Shown: positions 10,375-19,950 of the stretch, in pieces | Position numbering within the stretch: the stretch's first letter is position 1 | How the letters are laid out: each line of letters begins with the position of its first letter | From: Rhodospirillaceae bacterium | GTDB lineage: Bacteria > Pseudomonadota > Alphaproteobacteria > Rhodospirillales > Rhodospirillaceae | NCBI GenBank assembly: GCA_965207985.1 | Contig: CBDBND010000012.1 | Location: 10,773 to 74,772, forward strand | Length of the DNA: 64,000 nt | Reading direction: 5' to 3' | Notes under the pieces: model-generated | Told to the model about the DNA's origin: nothing | Database searches by the model: none | What the model saw: the letters and a program-made list of their open reading frames with translations, nothing else | Translations under genes and position numbers: made by a program

Positions 10375-10913
10375 GCAACCGGCCAGTTCACCATTCCGTA
10401 TAGTGCGACTATACCTGTCCCTTCTTTTTGCCTTAACGGCAAACGCACCGGTAGTCTCCGCCGTCAGCGCACGGGCCGACCGGTTGCGTCACAAACGCCG
10501 TTCCGTTCCCGTCCAACCCAGGCGGTTTCAGGTGCTGACCAAGGCGGATGAAAGCATTGCCGGTCCGCCAGACCAACGGCCCGGTAGCCGAAAGGCGAAA
10601 GTCAAGGCAAACGCCTGATCACCGGATGCCGGATATGACCGTGTGTGAGCCACGCGTGCGCGTGAAGGCATTGTTATTAAGGGGCATGGCGTCGGCGTCA
10701 TCGACGATTTGCGTCGCGTAAACCGATCCGCCCCGCCCGCTGCGTTCGTCGTAAGCACCCACTTGCGGCCGTCCGCCGCCGCGGCCGATGGCGATGATGC
10801 GCAGGTACTCGGGCCCGAAGAAAGGCGCTTCGGTCAGGGGATAGGTGTCGCCGTTGGGGGCAGCGACTTGGAACACTTCCACCTCGGGCAGATGAAAACA
10901 CACTAACCAATTG

Positions 10914-11171
10914 CTAGGTCACTCCTAGAATCCCCCTCTCCACCATAGCCAGACCTCGCTCCTCCTGTGTAAGAGCAGGTTCGAGGAAATTAATAAGGCT
11001 CCGCTCCTGATCGGAACGCGAAAGCCACGCAGCGATACTGAAGGCATCGTGCTGGTCGGGAGTACAGTCCTCTTGAGAGAAAGCTTGGGACCACAAAGCT
11101 GGATAGACCTCTGCGATTGCCGCCTCGACGATCCCTTCCGCATCCACTGGGTCATTCTTGTGGGTCCTCAC
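10914..11171 (-). pseudogene. Possible C-terminal stub of an RNase-H-fold (DUF429-like) protein
   Basis: Only DPVDAEGI...HDAFSIAAWL...ERGILGV resembles that family. The ORF overlaps the next stub. Confidence 0.2.
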
Positions 11172-11533
11172 ACAAGGTTTTCGGGACGCCGCAACTGCGC
11201 GAGAAGAATCTCCCCCTCGTCATCGACAACCCGAGGTTCCTGATCCTGCCCTGGATCACGATCCCCAACCTCGGCTCGCACATCCTCTCGCTCGTGCGCC
11301 AGCAACTACCCGGCGACTGGACCGAGCGCTACAACGTCACGCCCGTGCTCATCGAGACCTTCGTCGAGACCCCGCGCTTCACCGGCGCGCTGTACAAGGC
11401 GTCGGGCTGGACCCACGTCGGAACCACCCAGGGACGCGGCCGATACGACCGCCACACCAGACGCGATCGGCCGAAGAAGGACATCTGGATCCGCCCCCTC
11501 CGAAAAGACTGGCGGCGAACACTAAACCGGTGA
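11117..11533 (+). pseudogene. DUF4338-family protein, C-terminal fragment
   Basis: NPRFLILPWI...NLGSHILS...LIETFVETPRFTGALYKASGWTHVGTTQGRGRYDR matches my recollection of the DUF4338 C-terminal half. The N-terminal half is absent. Confidence 0.5.
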
Positions 11534-11789
11534 CATCATCCCCCGCCGTCACCGCGTGACCGAACGAAAACTTTCTGGAAACAACTATACCCCCGAACCG
11601 GCCCCCAGGGCCACACGGGAGCAGACCGCACCCAGCGGGGTGATATAATCCGCATTCCACTTGATCTCTGAATTGCCGGTAGTCTCTTATTATAATTTAT
11701 TATCAATTGTTTAGAATTTATTTGCTCTGTTGGATTTACGCCGTTTAAGACTGGACCACAAATGATGGCTTGGTTACGCCGTTTATCGG

Positions 11790-12965
11790 CTAGGCGGGTT
11801 TGACTCCCATGACGTTGGTGCGTCTGCCGCCTCCAATGGGCTGGCGCACTACTTCGAAACCGGCCCTGCGCATTTCGTTTTCAAAATCCGGTGCCATTTC
11901 GCGGTATTCCAGCCACCACACTTCCGCGTTCCAGCGATGATTGTACCAATCGGCGAACTTGCGATAAGCCGACTGCGACGGCAGCACAGACGTATAGATA
12001 TCCATGGGATACCAGATGCCGCCCGGACGCAGGGTGCGGAAACTTTCGTGAATGATGGCCCGGCCGGATTTTTCCGGAACCTCGTGATAGAGCAGAAAGT
12101 TGGTGATGATGTCGAAATGGTTGTCGGGGAAGTGGCTTTCTTCACTCAGTTCATGCGCGTAATGGGTTTCCATGCCGAGATCAACGGACCTCATATGAGC
12201 GAAACGCAACATGGGTGCGCCGATGTCATTGCCCCACACTTCCGCGTCGGGGAACTTGCGCTTTAATGCCAACACCAGTTGACCCGAACTGCAACCCTGA
12301 TCGAGCACCCGTTTGACACGGCCATCGGGCGGTAGCGGCACTTCCTCGGCACGGTTGACCTGGAGCTCATCGCGGTAGTTGCCGTTGGCGAACTCCACGT
12401 TGAGACCGTGATAGTAAATGTAACCGGCGAACGGATCGCCCACATAGCCGCCGGGCTGCAGATGAATCTCGTAACGGGCAAAATCGGGAATGTGGAGGTC
12501 GGGCCTGAGCTCGATGGTTCCCGGTCCCTTTTTCTCCGCCCGTTCCAGTTCTTCTAAGTATTTATCCCCTTCGGCGTGGTAGGCGTCTTGGATCGCCGCC
12601 CACATGATCTGTTGCGTGGTTTCACGCGCATGCACGGTGTAGCCCAAGACCGGGTCGCTCTCGAGCAGTTTGACCACGTCCCGAATAGGAATGTCGTTGT
12701 TCATCGGGTCAATGCCCTGTTCACGAAACAGGACATTGGCCCGCCGGGCCGCTTGCCGGAACACATCGTGGCGCACCCAAGTGCGGTAACTGGTGTAGAA
12801 GTCGAGCTCACTTTCCAGACGCAAGTCGGGTAAGCGTTCGAAAAACCCCCAGGTCCCACGGGGTTCCATGTCGAAATCGAGCTCTTTTGCAGTGACTTTC
12901 AGCGCCGGTATTGATGACGCAATAGCCGCAACAGACGTGTTTAAAAGGGTACGGCGGTTCAGCAT
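11790..12965 (-). CDS. Class I SAM-dependent methyltransferase with a twin-arginine signal peptide
   Basis: The N-terminus MLNRRTLLNTSVAAIASSIPALKVTA is Tat-like. The SAM motif I region is VLDQGCSSGQLVLAL, and a later segment is FDIITNFLLYHEV. Confidence 0.75.
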   Translation of the reverse strand: MLNRRTLLNTSVAAIASSIPALKVTAKELDFDMEPRGTWGFFERLPDLRLESELDFYTSYRTWVRHDVFRQAARRANVLFREQGIDPMNNDIPIRDVVKLLESDPVLGYTVHARETTQQIMWAAIQDAYHAEGDKYLEELERAEKKGPGTIELRPDLHIPDFARYEIHLQPGGYVGDPFAGYIYYHGLNVEFANGNYRDELQVNRAEEVPLPPDGRVKRVLDQGCSSGQLVLALKRKFPDAEVWGNDIGAPMLRFAHMRSVDLGMETHYAHELSEESHFPDNHFDIITNFLLYHEVPEKSGRAIIHESFRTLRPGGIWYPMDIYTSVLPSQSAYRKFADWYNHRWNAEVWWLEYREMAPDFENEMRRAGFEVVRQPIGGGRRTNVMGVKPA

Positions 12966-12978
12966 GATTGATCCTCCG

Positions 12979-13836
12979 TCAATTCAATTCCGCTTCAATT
13001 TGCTCTCGGGTCCGCTTCATCTTTTCCATTTCGGCTTCAAAGTCGATGGTGCGGCCCCAATCAATGGTTCGCTCTCCGAAAACGCCAACGATAGACCCAA
13101 TGTATTGATCGGACTCCAGATTGTCGAGAATGAACGCCGCGAAATCAGCGTAGCTAATGAGACGGCGGCTTGGCGCGTCCACATCCACGGACACCTGAGT
13201 GTCGTAGCGCCGCCGTTCCTGCAGCAACTGGCAGGGACGCAGAACAACAACCTCAAGACCGCTGGCATGGGCGACGTCTTCCATCCGCCGCATGTCTCGA
13301 TAGACGCCGCGCATGTTCCACATCCATTTTTGCGTCAAAGGAACGCCGACCGGCTCCGTCTCCGGAATTTCGCGCTGGACGGATGTTGAGCTGGTGGCGA
13401 ACAGCCGCGTGTTCCCCTTGGCTTTCATCGCTTCAATGATATTGGCTGTGCCTTGCGACATCAGGTCGGACTCAGCGATCTCGATTTCCGGTGTGGTGCG
13501 CGGACCGTAGACGGAGACAATAATTTCTTCTCCGGTCATGGCCGCCTTGAGGGATTCAACGTCGTAAACATCCCCTTTAACGACAGTGAGGTTTTCATGA
13601 GCGATTTTCATCGCATGAGGCCGGCGGGCCAGTCCGATGACTTCGTGCCCTGCCCGCAGGGCCATGGGAATCAAGTCGTCCGATGTGCGGGCCGTGGCGC
13701 CGATGACAAGAATTTTGAGACCGCTCTTTTCGATCGCCCCAAATGCGCTGGTGCTTGTTCCAACCAACCCTGCGGCGAAGCCTGCCATTAACAGACGGCG
13801 GGAAATTCCAAACGAGGATTTGTGTGTTCCAGTCAT
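12979..13836 (-). CDS. NAD(P)H-binding atypical SDR (NmrA/BVR-B-like) with a twin-arginine signal peptide
   Basis: The N-terminus GISRRLLMAGFAAGLVGTSTSAFGA is followed by the Rossmann segment KILVIGATARTSDDLI. It is a paralog of 61281-62150. Confidence 0.75.
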   Translation of the reverse strand: MTGTHKSSFGISRRLLMAGFAAGLVGTSTSAFGAIEKSGLKILVIGATARTSDDLIPMALRAGHEVIGLARRPHAMKIAHENLTVVKGDVYDVESLKAAMTGEEIIVSVYGPRTTPEIEIAESDLMSQGTANIIEAMKAKGNTRLFATSSTSVQREIPETEPVGVPLTQKWMWNMRGVYRDMRRMEDVAHASGLEVVVLRPCQLLQERRRYDTQVSVDVDAPSRRLISYADFAAFILDNLESDQYIGSIVGVFGERTIDWGRTIDFEAEMEKMKRTREQIEAELN

Positions 13837-13930
13837 GACGCTGACCTCCTCACCTTGGGCTTAGTCTAACGCTTTTCATGGTTTGCCCTGAAACCGCTTC
13901 TTTGAGGCACGGTCGCTACCAGAGCATTCT

Positions 13931-14140
13931 CTAGCCAGGAAAAAACAAGTCCTCAATCTTGGCACCAAAAACGGCCGCGATCTTAAATGCTAAGGGCAGG
14001 CTTGGGTCGTACTTTCCGGTTTCAATGGCGTTAATGGTTTGGCGGGAGACGTCCAATTGCTCGGCAAGGTCTGCTTGAGACCAGTCTAATTCTTTACGCT
14101 TATCGCGGAGTTTGTTTTCCACGCTCAAGGTTCCAATCAC
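13931..14140 (-). CDS. Small XRE-family helix-turn-helix regulator
   Basis: The GTG start at 14138-14140 overlaps the upstream TGA (a GTGA overlap). The HTH segment is DWSQADLAEQLDVSRQTINAIETGKYDPSLPLAFKIA. Confidence 0.75.
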   Translation of the reverse strand: MIGTLSVENKLRDKRKELDWSQADLAEQLDVSRQTINAIETGKYDPSLPLAFKIAAVFGAKIEDLFFPG

Positions 14141-14529
14141 TTGCCACGCGAGCGGTAGTAGAGTGATACGAACAACCACGAGAAACCCATCACCCACCAA
14201 ACCCAAAACCAAGACAGGCGGGGAAGCCCAACAAATTCGAGAAAGCCGAAAGAAAAGGTGATGAAGGCCGAAATGCCAAAGGCGACAGCAAGGTCGCGCT
14301 TGATGCATTGACGCTGCATTTCATCAACTCTTTTGATCAATCTAACGACAGCCCAAATTCCGCCCGCAAACGCAAGCATCGGTATTAGGGCAACAGGAAT
14401 TTGTAGGGCGTAGGGAATTCCGAGAGAGAAAATGTATTTAGCAATCAAAATAAGTATGCGGTAGAGGAGGAATGCTCCTCCCATTTCGATGTAATACGCT
14501 GAGTAATTGCGTTGATCGAAATTCATCAC
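14137..14529 (-). CDS. Four-TM membrane protein co-transcribed with the XRE regulator
   Basis: 130 aa with four hydrophobic segments. Its stop overlaps the regulator's start. Confidence 0.55.
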   Translation of the reverse strand: MMNFDQRNYSAYYIEMGGAFLLYRILILIAKYIFSLGIPYALQIPVALIPMLAFAGGIWAVVRLIKRVDEMQRQCIKRDLAVAFGISAFITFSFGFLEFVGLPRLSWFWVWWVMGFSWLFVSLYYRSRGK

Positions 14530-14547
14530 CGGACTCCCTCACCTACA

Positions 14548-14604
14548 ATGTAAAGCACCCTTTACATAATGGGGCGTTACTTGGATGTCAAGGGTCCTTT
14601 ACAT
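14548..14604 (-). promoter_or_regulatory. Two 20-bp palindromes, candidate operators for the XRE regulator
   Basis: ATGTAAAG-CACC-CTTTACAT (14548-14567, perfect) and ATGTCAAG-GGTC-CTTTACAT (14585-14604, one mismatch). Both lie between the dnaE stop and the membrane-protein start. Confidence 0.5.
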
Positions 14605-14609
14605 GGAAT

Positions 14610-17600
14610 TCAAAACTGCCGGATATCGGTGACGCCGGGCACGTCCTTAATACGGCCTAGGGTCTGGGGAGAAATGGCATAGCGGTCGGGCAAAGCCACC
14701 TCCACTTCATGGCCGTTGGATCGCGCCACCAAAAGAATGCGGCCGTTGCCCCGGCCGTCCGCTTCTATGATTTCGCGAATCTCTTCGATCAACGCACCCT
14801 CTTTGATCTGGACGCGCAGATTATCAAGTTTGGCGGCGACCGCTTCGTCCAGCGGAACCATCTTGGTCGCCATGAGGCGCACCTGATCCTCTTCCAGACG
14901 CGCATCGAGCGTAACCAGCAGTGGGTCACCGGATTCCAGCATGTCCCGTGACGCCACCAGCACTTCGGAAAAGACCACCGTCTCAAAGGTACCGGTCGCA
15001 TCGGACAACATGACAAAGGCATAGCGATTGCCATTGCGGCCAATGCGTTCTCGCTTGCTGACCATAGTCCCCGCCATGCGAATGGGCACCCGGCAATCGT
15101 CCGCCGTCAAGCTGTCCAGATCACGGGCGTTGATGACACCCTGAGCGGCAAGGGTCGTCGCGTAAGCATCAAGAGGATGGGCTGAGAGATAAAATCCGAT
15201 GGCGTCGAACTCATGGGTCAGCCGCTCCATGGGCCGCCAGTCTTCCACATCGGGCAGTTTCAGTTCGGGTTTGTCGTCTTCACCGGCGAATAACGCATGT
15301 TGATCCGAGTTACGGTCCTCGGCCTCGGCCTGGGCGGTGCGCAAGATGGTTTCCGCCCCTTCCATCAATTGCGCCCGGTTGATATGCAAACTGTCCAACG
15401 CACCGGCGCGAATGAGATTCTCAATCAAACGTTTGTTGATAAGACCCGTGTCCAGACGGCTGGCAAAGTCGGCGATATCTTTGAACCGGCCGCCATCCTG
15501 CCGCGCATTGACCAATCCTTCCATGGCTCCCGCACCGACGTTCTTAATGGCTGCCAGGGCATAACGTACCGCCCAGGCGCCTTTGTCCTTTTGTTCGACG
15601 GTAAAGGTAACCTCTGACGAATTAACGTCGGGCGGCAGCAAATCGATGCCCAAGCGGGTCAGCTCGGCGCGGAAGCCAGCCAGCTTGTCCGTATTTTGCA
15701 TATCCAGGGACATGGTCGCGGCCATGAACTCCACTGGATAGTTGGCCTTCATATAGGCTGTTTGATAGGCCACGACCGCATACGCTGTCGCATGCGCTTT
15801 TGGGAAGCCGTAGCCGGCAAACTTGGCCACCGTGTCAAAGACTTCAGAAGCCTTGGTCGACGTGGTGCCACGTTGTTCAGCGCCGCTGACAAAATTGTCC
15901 CGCTGAGCATCCATCTCCGCTTTGATTTTTTTACCCATGGCCCGGCGGAGCAGATCGGCATCACCGAGCGAGTAACCGGCCATCTCCTGGGCAGCCTTCA
16001 TCACCTGCTCCTGATAAATCATGATGCCGTAGGTTTCTTTGAGGATCGGCTCCAGGGTTGGGTGCATGTAGGCGATCTCTTCCCGACCGTTCTTGCGGTC
16101 AATGAAGCTCGGGATGTTGTCCATGGGGCCGGGGCGGTAGAGAGCAACCACAGCGATGATGTCGTCGAAAACATCGGGTTTGAGTTTGCGCAAAATATCC
16201 CGCATGCCCGAACTTTCCAGCTGGAACACCCCGGTTGTTTCACCGCGTGACAGCATGTCGAAGGTATCGGTGTCGTCCAAAGGTATGGTGGCCAAGTCGA
16301 GTTCTATGCCCCGGTCAGCGAGCAGCTTCACCGCCTTGTCCAGAACCGTCAGAGTCTTGAGACCGAGAAAATCGAACTTCACCAGACCCGCCTGCTCCAC
16401 CCATTTCATGTTGAACTGGGTGACCGGCATTTCAGAATGGGGATCGCGGTAAAGCGCAACCAATTCGAAAAGAGGCCGGTCCCCAATGACCACACCGGCG
16501 GCGTGGGTCGAGGCATGGTTGTACAGGCCTTCCAACTTGAGTGAGATGTCGAACAATTGAGCGACACTTTCGTCCGTGTCGCGCAGGTATTGCAGTTCCG
16601 GCTCGGACTCGATGGCGTCTGCCAGGGTTACCGGACTGGCAGGGTTGTTGGGCACCATCTTGCAAATCTTATCGACATAGCCGAGGGGCATCTCCAACAC
16701 CCGACCGACGTTGCGCAAGGCCGCGCGCGCCTGCAGCTTGCCGAAGGTGATGATCTGCGCCACCCGGTCGGCACCATATTCCTCTTGAACAAACTTGATC
16801 ACCTCTTCCCGGCGGTCCTGGCAAAAATCGATGTCAAAGTCGGGCATGGACACCCGTTCGGGATTGAGAAACCGTTCAAACAGGAGATCGAACCGCAGAG
16901 GATCCAAATCGGTAATCAGCAAAGACCAAGCCACCACGGACCCCGCCCCTGAACCCCGTCCGGGACCGACGGGAACGCCTTGCTCCTTCGCCCACTGGAT
17001 GAAGTCGGCGACGATGAGGAAATAGCCCGGGAATCCCATGTCGATGATGACGCCCAGCTCATACTCCAGCCGCTCACGATACGGTTTGGCCGCTTCCTCC
17101 CGATCCGCAGCACTCATGCCCTCCTTGAAGACATATTTTTGCAAACGCTCTTCCAAACCCGTCTTCGACAGATCCCGCAGCGCATCGTCTTCCGTCCGAT
17201 CACCCGCCTTGGGCGAGCGCGGCAAAATAGGATCGCGCCGCTCGACCATCACGGCGCATCGCTTGGCAATAACAAGTGTGTTGTCTATCGCTTCCGGAAT
17301 GTCGGCGAACAAGGTCTGCATTTCTTCCGCCGTTTTGAACCTGTGCTCGGGTGTCAGCCGGCGGCGGTCGGCGACCGAGACAAAAGACTTCTCGGCAATA
17401 CACAACAACGCGTCATGGGCTTCAAACATGGGCGCGTCCGTAAAAAACGGCTCGTTGGTGGCAACCAGCGGAATGTCATGGGCAAAGGCGAGATCAATAA
17501 GGGCAGTTTCGATCCGGTCTTCCGCAGCCAATCCATGACGCTGTAATTCCACATACAGATGGCCCGGAAATATCTCCTTTAAACGCAGCAAGACCGCCTC

Positions 17601-18080
17601 CGCCTTGGCGAACTGCCCTTCTGAAAGGTGGCGGCCAACAGCACCATGAATGCCCCCGGTCAATGCAATTAGGCCGCCGCAATGGTGTGCCAGGGCATCC
17701 GTCGTCACATGGGGTGTTTCACCCGCGTCGGTATCAAGAAAGGAGGAACTGACCAGTTTGAGCAAGTTGCCGTAGCCTTCTTCCGTCTGGCACAACAACA
17801 CCAATTGGTCCGGTTCAGGTAGACGCGCGCCGTTGCCGGAGCGTACGTCTTCGTCCTCTCGCCGTACGGCGATCTGACACCCGATGATGGGCTGAATGCC
17901 TTTCTCCGCGCAGGCAATGGAAAACTCCAGCGCGCCAAAAAGATTGCGCGTATCCGTCAGGGCCACGGCGGGCATGTTGTTGTCAGCGCAGAGTCCGACC
18001 AGGTCTGGAATCTTGATCGCCCCTTCCGCCAGCGAGTAGGCGGAGTGAACCCGAAGATGGACGAAGGGCGCGTGAGACAT
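14610..18080 (-). CDS. dnaE: DNA polymerase III alpha subunit
   Basis: 1156 aa. The PHP domain starts MSHAPFVHLRVHSAYSL. The pol III alpha core and OB-fold regions are readable throughout. Confidence 0.97.
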   Translation of the reverse strand: MSHAPFVHLRVHSAYSLAEGAIKIPDLVGLCADNNMPAVALTDTRNLFGALEFSIACAEKGIQPIIGCQIAVRREDEDVRSGNGARLPEPDQLVLLCQTEEGYGNLLKLVSSSFLDTDAGETPHVTTDALAHHCGGLIALTGGIHGAVGRHLSEGQFAKAEAVLLRLKEIFPGHLYVELQRHGLAAEDRIETALIDLAFAHDIPLVATNEPFFTDAPMFEAHDALLCIAEKSFVSVADRRRLTPEHRFKTAEEMQTLFADIPEAIDNTLVIAKRCAVMVERRDPILPRSPKAGDRTEDDALRDLSKTGLEERLQKYVFKEGMSAADREEAAKPYRERLEYELGVIIDMGFPGYFLIVADFIQWAKEQGVPVGPGRGSGAGSVVAWSLLITDLDPLRFDLLFERFLNPERVSMPDFDIDFCQDRREEVIKFVQEEYGADRVAQIITFGKLQARAALRNVGRVLEMPLGYVDKICKMVPNNPASPVTLADAIESEPELQYLRDTDESVAQLFDISLKLEGLYNHASTHAAGVVIGDRPLFELVALYRDPHSEMPVTQFNMKWVEQAGLVKFDFLGLKTLTVLDKAVKLLADRGIELDLATIPLDDTDTFDMLSRGETTGVFQLESSGMRDILRKLKPDVFDDIIAVVALYRPGPMDNIPSFIDRKNGREEIAYMHPTLEPILKETYGIMIYQEQVMKAAQEMAGYSLGDADLLRRAMGKKIKAEMDAQRDNFVSGAEQRGTTSTKASEVFDTVAKFAGYGFPKAHATAYAVVAYQTAYMKANYPVEFMAATMSLDMQNTDKLAGFRAELTRLGIDLLPPDVNSSEVTFTVEQKDKGAWAVRYALAAIKNVGAGAMEGLVNARQDGGRFKDIADFASRLDTGLINKRLIENLIRAGALDSLHINRAQLMEGAETILRTAQAEAEDRNSDQHALFAGEDDKPELKLPDVEDWRPMERLTHEFDAIGFYLSAHPLDAYATTLAAQGVINARDLDSLTADDCRVPIRMAGTMVSKRERIGRNGNRYAFVMLSDATGTFETVVFSEVLVASRDMLESGDPLLVTLDARLEEDQVRLMATKMVPLDEAVAAKLDNLRVQIKEGALIEEIREIIEADGRGNGRILLVARSNGHEVEVALPDRYAISPQTLGRIKDVPGVTDIRQF

Positions 18081-18171
18081 GGGGGCTATTGATTACACCA
18101 CCAGCCTGACCGGACCAGAGTTGAAAACAAGTTACCCACAGAAAAGTGCATAACCCTGAGGATAAGACCTA

Positions 18172-19223
18172 GAGCGGTATGATTTTAGGTTGGGTCATAT
18201 CCTGCGTTTTTGAAATAGTTGGCGCATTCATTTGAGGTATAGGTATCGAGGAGTCTGCCGATGGCGGCTGAGACGGCCTCGACGGTTCGCGGCGCTTCGA
18301 GGCGGAGCAGATGCTTGAGCTTGGCGAAGACCTGCTCGATGGGATTGAGGTCGGGGGAGTACTTGGGCAGGAACAGGAGCCGGGCGCCGGCCTGGCGGAT
18401 GGCCTGTCGCACGGCCTTGGACTTGTGAGAGCCGAGGTTGTCCATGATGACGATGTCGCCGGGCTTGAGGGTTGGGACCAACACGTCCTGCACATAGATG
18501 CGGAAGCGCTCGCCGTTGATCGGCCCGTCGACGAGCCAGGGCGCATCGATTCGGTCGTGGCGCAGCGCGGCGAGGAAGGTCGCGGTGTGCCAGCGGCCAT
18601 GTGGCGCCTCGCCGATCAGTCGCGCGCCCTTTGACCCCCAGCCCCGCAGGGGCGCCATGTTGGTCCTGGTCCAGGTCTCGTCGATGAACACCAGGCGCGT
18701 CGGGTCAACCCGGTCGCGGTACTTCAACCACTGAGCGCGGCGGCGCGCCACGTCACGGCGCCGACGCTCGCCAGCCACCAGCGTTTTTTTTATAGCTCAG
18801 GCCCTGCTCGTGAACGAAGGTCCAGACCGAACGGTAGTCCACCTTCAGGCCCCGATCCGCCAGCTCCCCGACAAGCCCATGAAGCGTGAAATCCCCCCGC
18901 GCCACCCGGTCCCGCAACCAGCGCTCGTGCGCCCCCCGGATCGCACGCGGCTTGTAACCGCCCATCCGGCCCGGCGCCGCGCTGCCCGTCCGCCGGTAGC
19001 GCGCCAGCCAGGCAACCGCCGTGCTCTCGCCGATCCCGAAATGCCGCGCCGCCGCCCGGCACGACATCCCGTCGCGCGACACAGCCGAAATAACCCGTTC
19101 TCGAAGATCAAGGGAATAAGCTCTTGCCATCCTTGCTGGCCTCCTTACCCAGCAAGAATCTTGAATCAGAAATCGAAAAGCTTGTGAATCCCTAAAATGA
19201 CTCCGTCTAATCACATAAAGCTC
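18172..19223 (-). mobile_element. IS630-family insertion sequence, copy A (1052 bp, TA-flanked)
   Basis: TA lies at 18170-18171 and 19224-19225. The terminal inverted repeats are GAGCGGTATGAT.../...ATCACATAAAGCTC. All six-frame ORFs are identical to copy B. Confidence 0.9.
18185..19130 (-). CDS. IS630-family transposase in two frames (orfA 18753-19130, orfB 18185-18778)
   Basis: orfA carries the HTH (MARAYSLDLRERVISAV...). orfB carries the DDE core (FIDETW, IMDNLGSHK, PDLNPIEQVF). The frames overlap at the A8 tract, 18784-18791 on the + strand. Confidence 0.85.
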
Positions 19224-19225
19224 TA

Positions 19226-19645
19226 GCCGTACGAGCTGGGGTTAGGGGCATCCGAAATGTCATGCGCGAGATCGGCATGTTGCCCCAACTGAAAAGTAAA
19301 ACGCAACCGGTTGAGCCGCTAGAAGCGAAATCATCATCCTGGGTGAGGGCACCCCAATCTGGAATCTTTCGTGCAACGGTCAAAGTTGGTGTCCGAGTGA
19401 CCAAGGGCGATATCTTGGGCGTCGTGGCAGATGCATTCGGTGAGGTGGAAAGCGAAGTTGTTGCCTCCTACACCGGTATAATTATTGGCCGGGCAAATCT
19501 GCCTGTGATTTCGGAAGGTGATGCCCTGTATCACATTGCGAGGTTTGAGGACTCCACCGAAGTGGCTGACAACATCCAAACCTTTCACGAAGAACACTTG
19601 GAGGGGCTGGGTCCCGGAGATTATCCGCAAAGCGCTCAAGAATAG
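19226..19645 (+). pseudogene. Succinylglutamate desuccinylase/aspartoacylase (AstE/AspA) family gene, C-terminal third only
   Basis: The frame is open from the first base after the IS630 TA: AVRAGVRGIRNVMREIGML...GIFRATVKVGVRVTKGDILGVV...GDALYHIARF. The N-terminal ~200 aa are absent. Confidence 0.55.
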
Positions 19646-19950
19646 CCTGTCAACTTGTCAACACCCATTTGCATAAGATTTTAAAGCGACAAAATTTTCT
19701 CACGGGTTCAACATATAAACCCCAAGAAATGTAGTCTCACACCGTACCCAACCAACGGTAACCGTATCGCTTTCCTGCAACCCAAACATCAGTCGTTGGT
19801 TCAAACATTGTCGGGAAATTGACTCAAATCATCCCGTAAATCGGTCGCAGCAGCGATGGTTATCCTATATGGTCTTTGAGGTTTGTACGGACCTTTTAAA
19901 ACCGCAGTACACGTGGTGTCAGTGTTTAAGGTCCACCTGGGGACGGCACA

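Noticed and set aside
10403-10903. A small ORF with a signal-like N-terminus (10403-10618) and a 94-aa minus-strand ORF (10619-10903).
   Set aside because: I could recognise no family motif, RBS or conserved feature. They lie among gene stubs, so they are as likely to be fragments as genes, and I did not list them as features.
18116-18136. GTTG-AAAACAA-GTTA upstream of dnaE as a second SOS box.
   Set aside because: Both half-sites deviate from GTTC, and dnaE is not a usual LexA target. It is probably a chance match.
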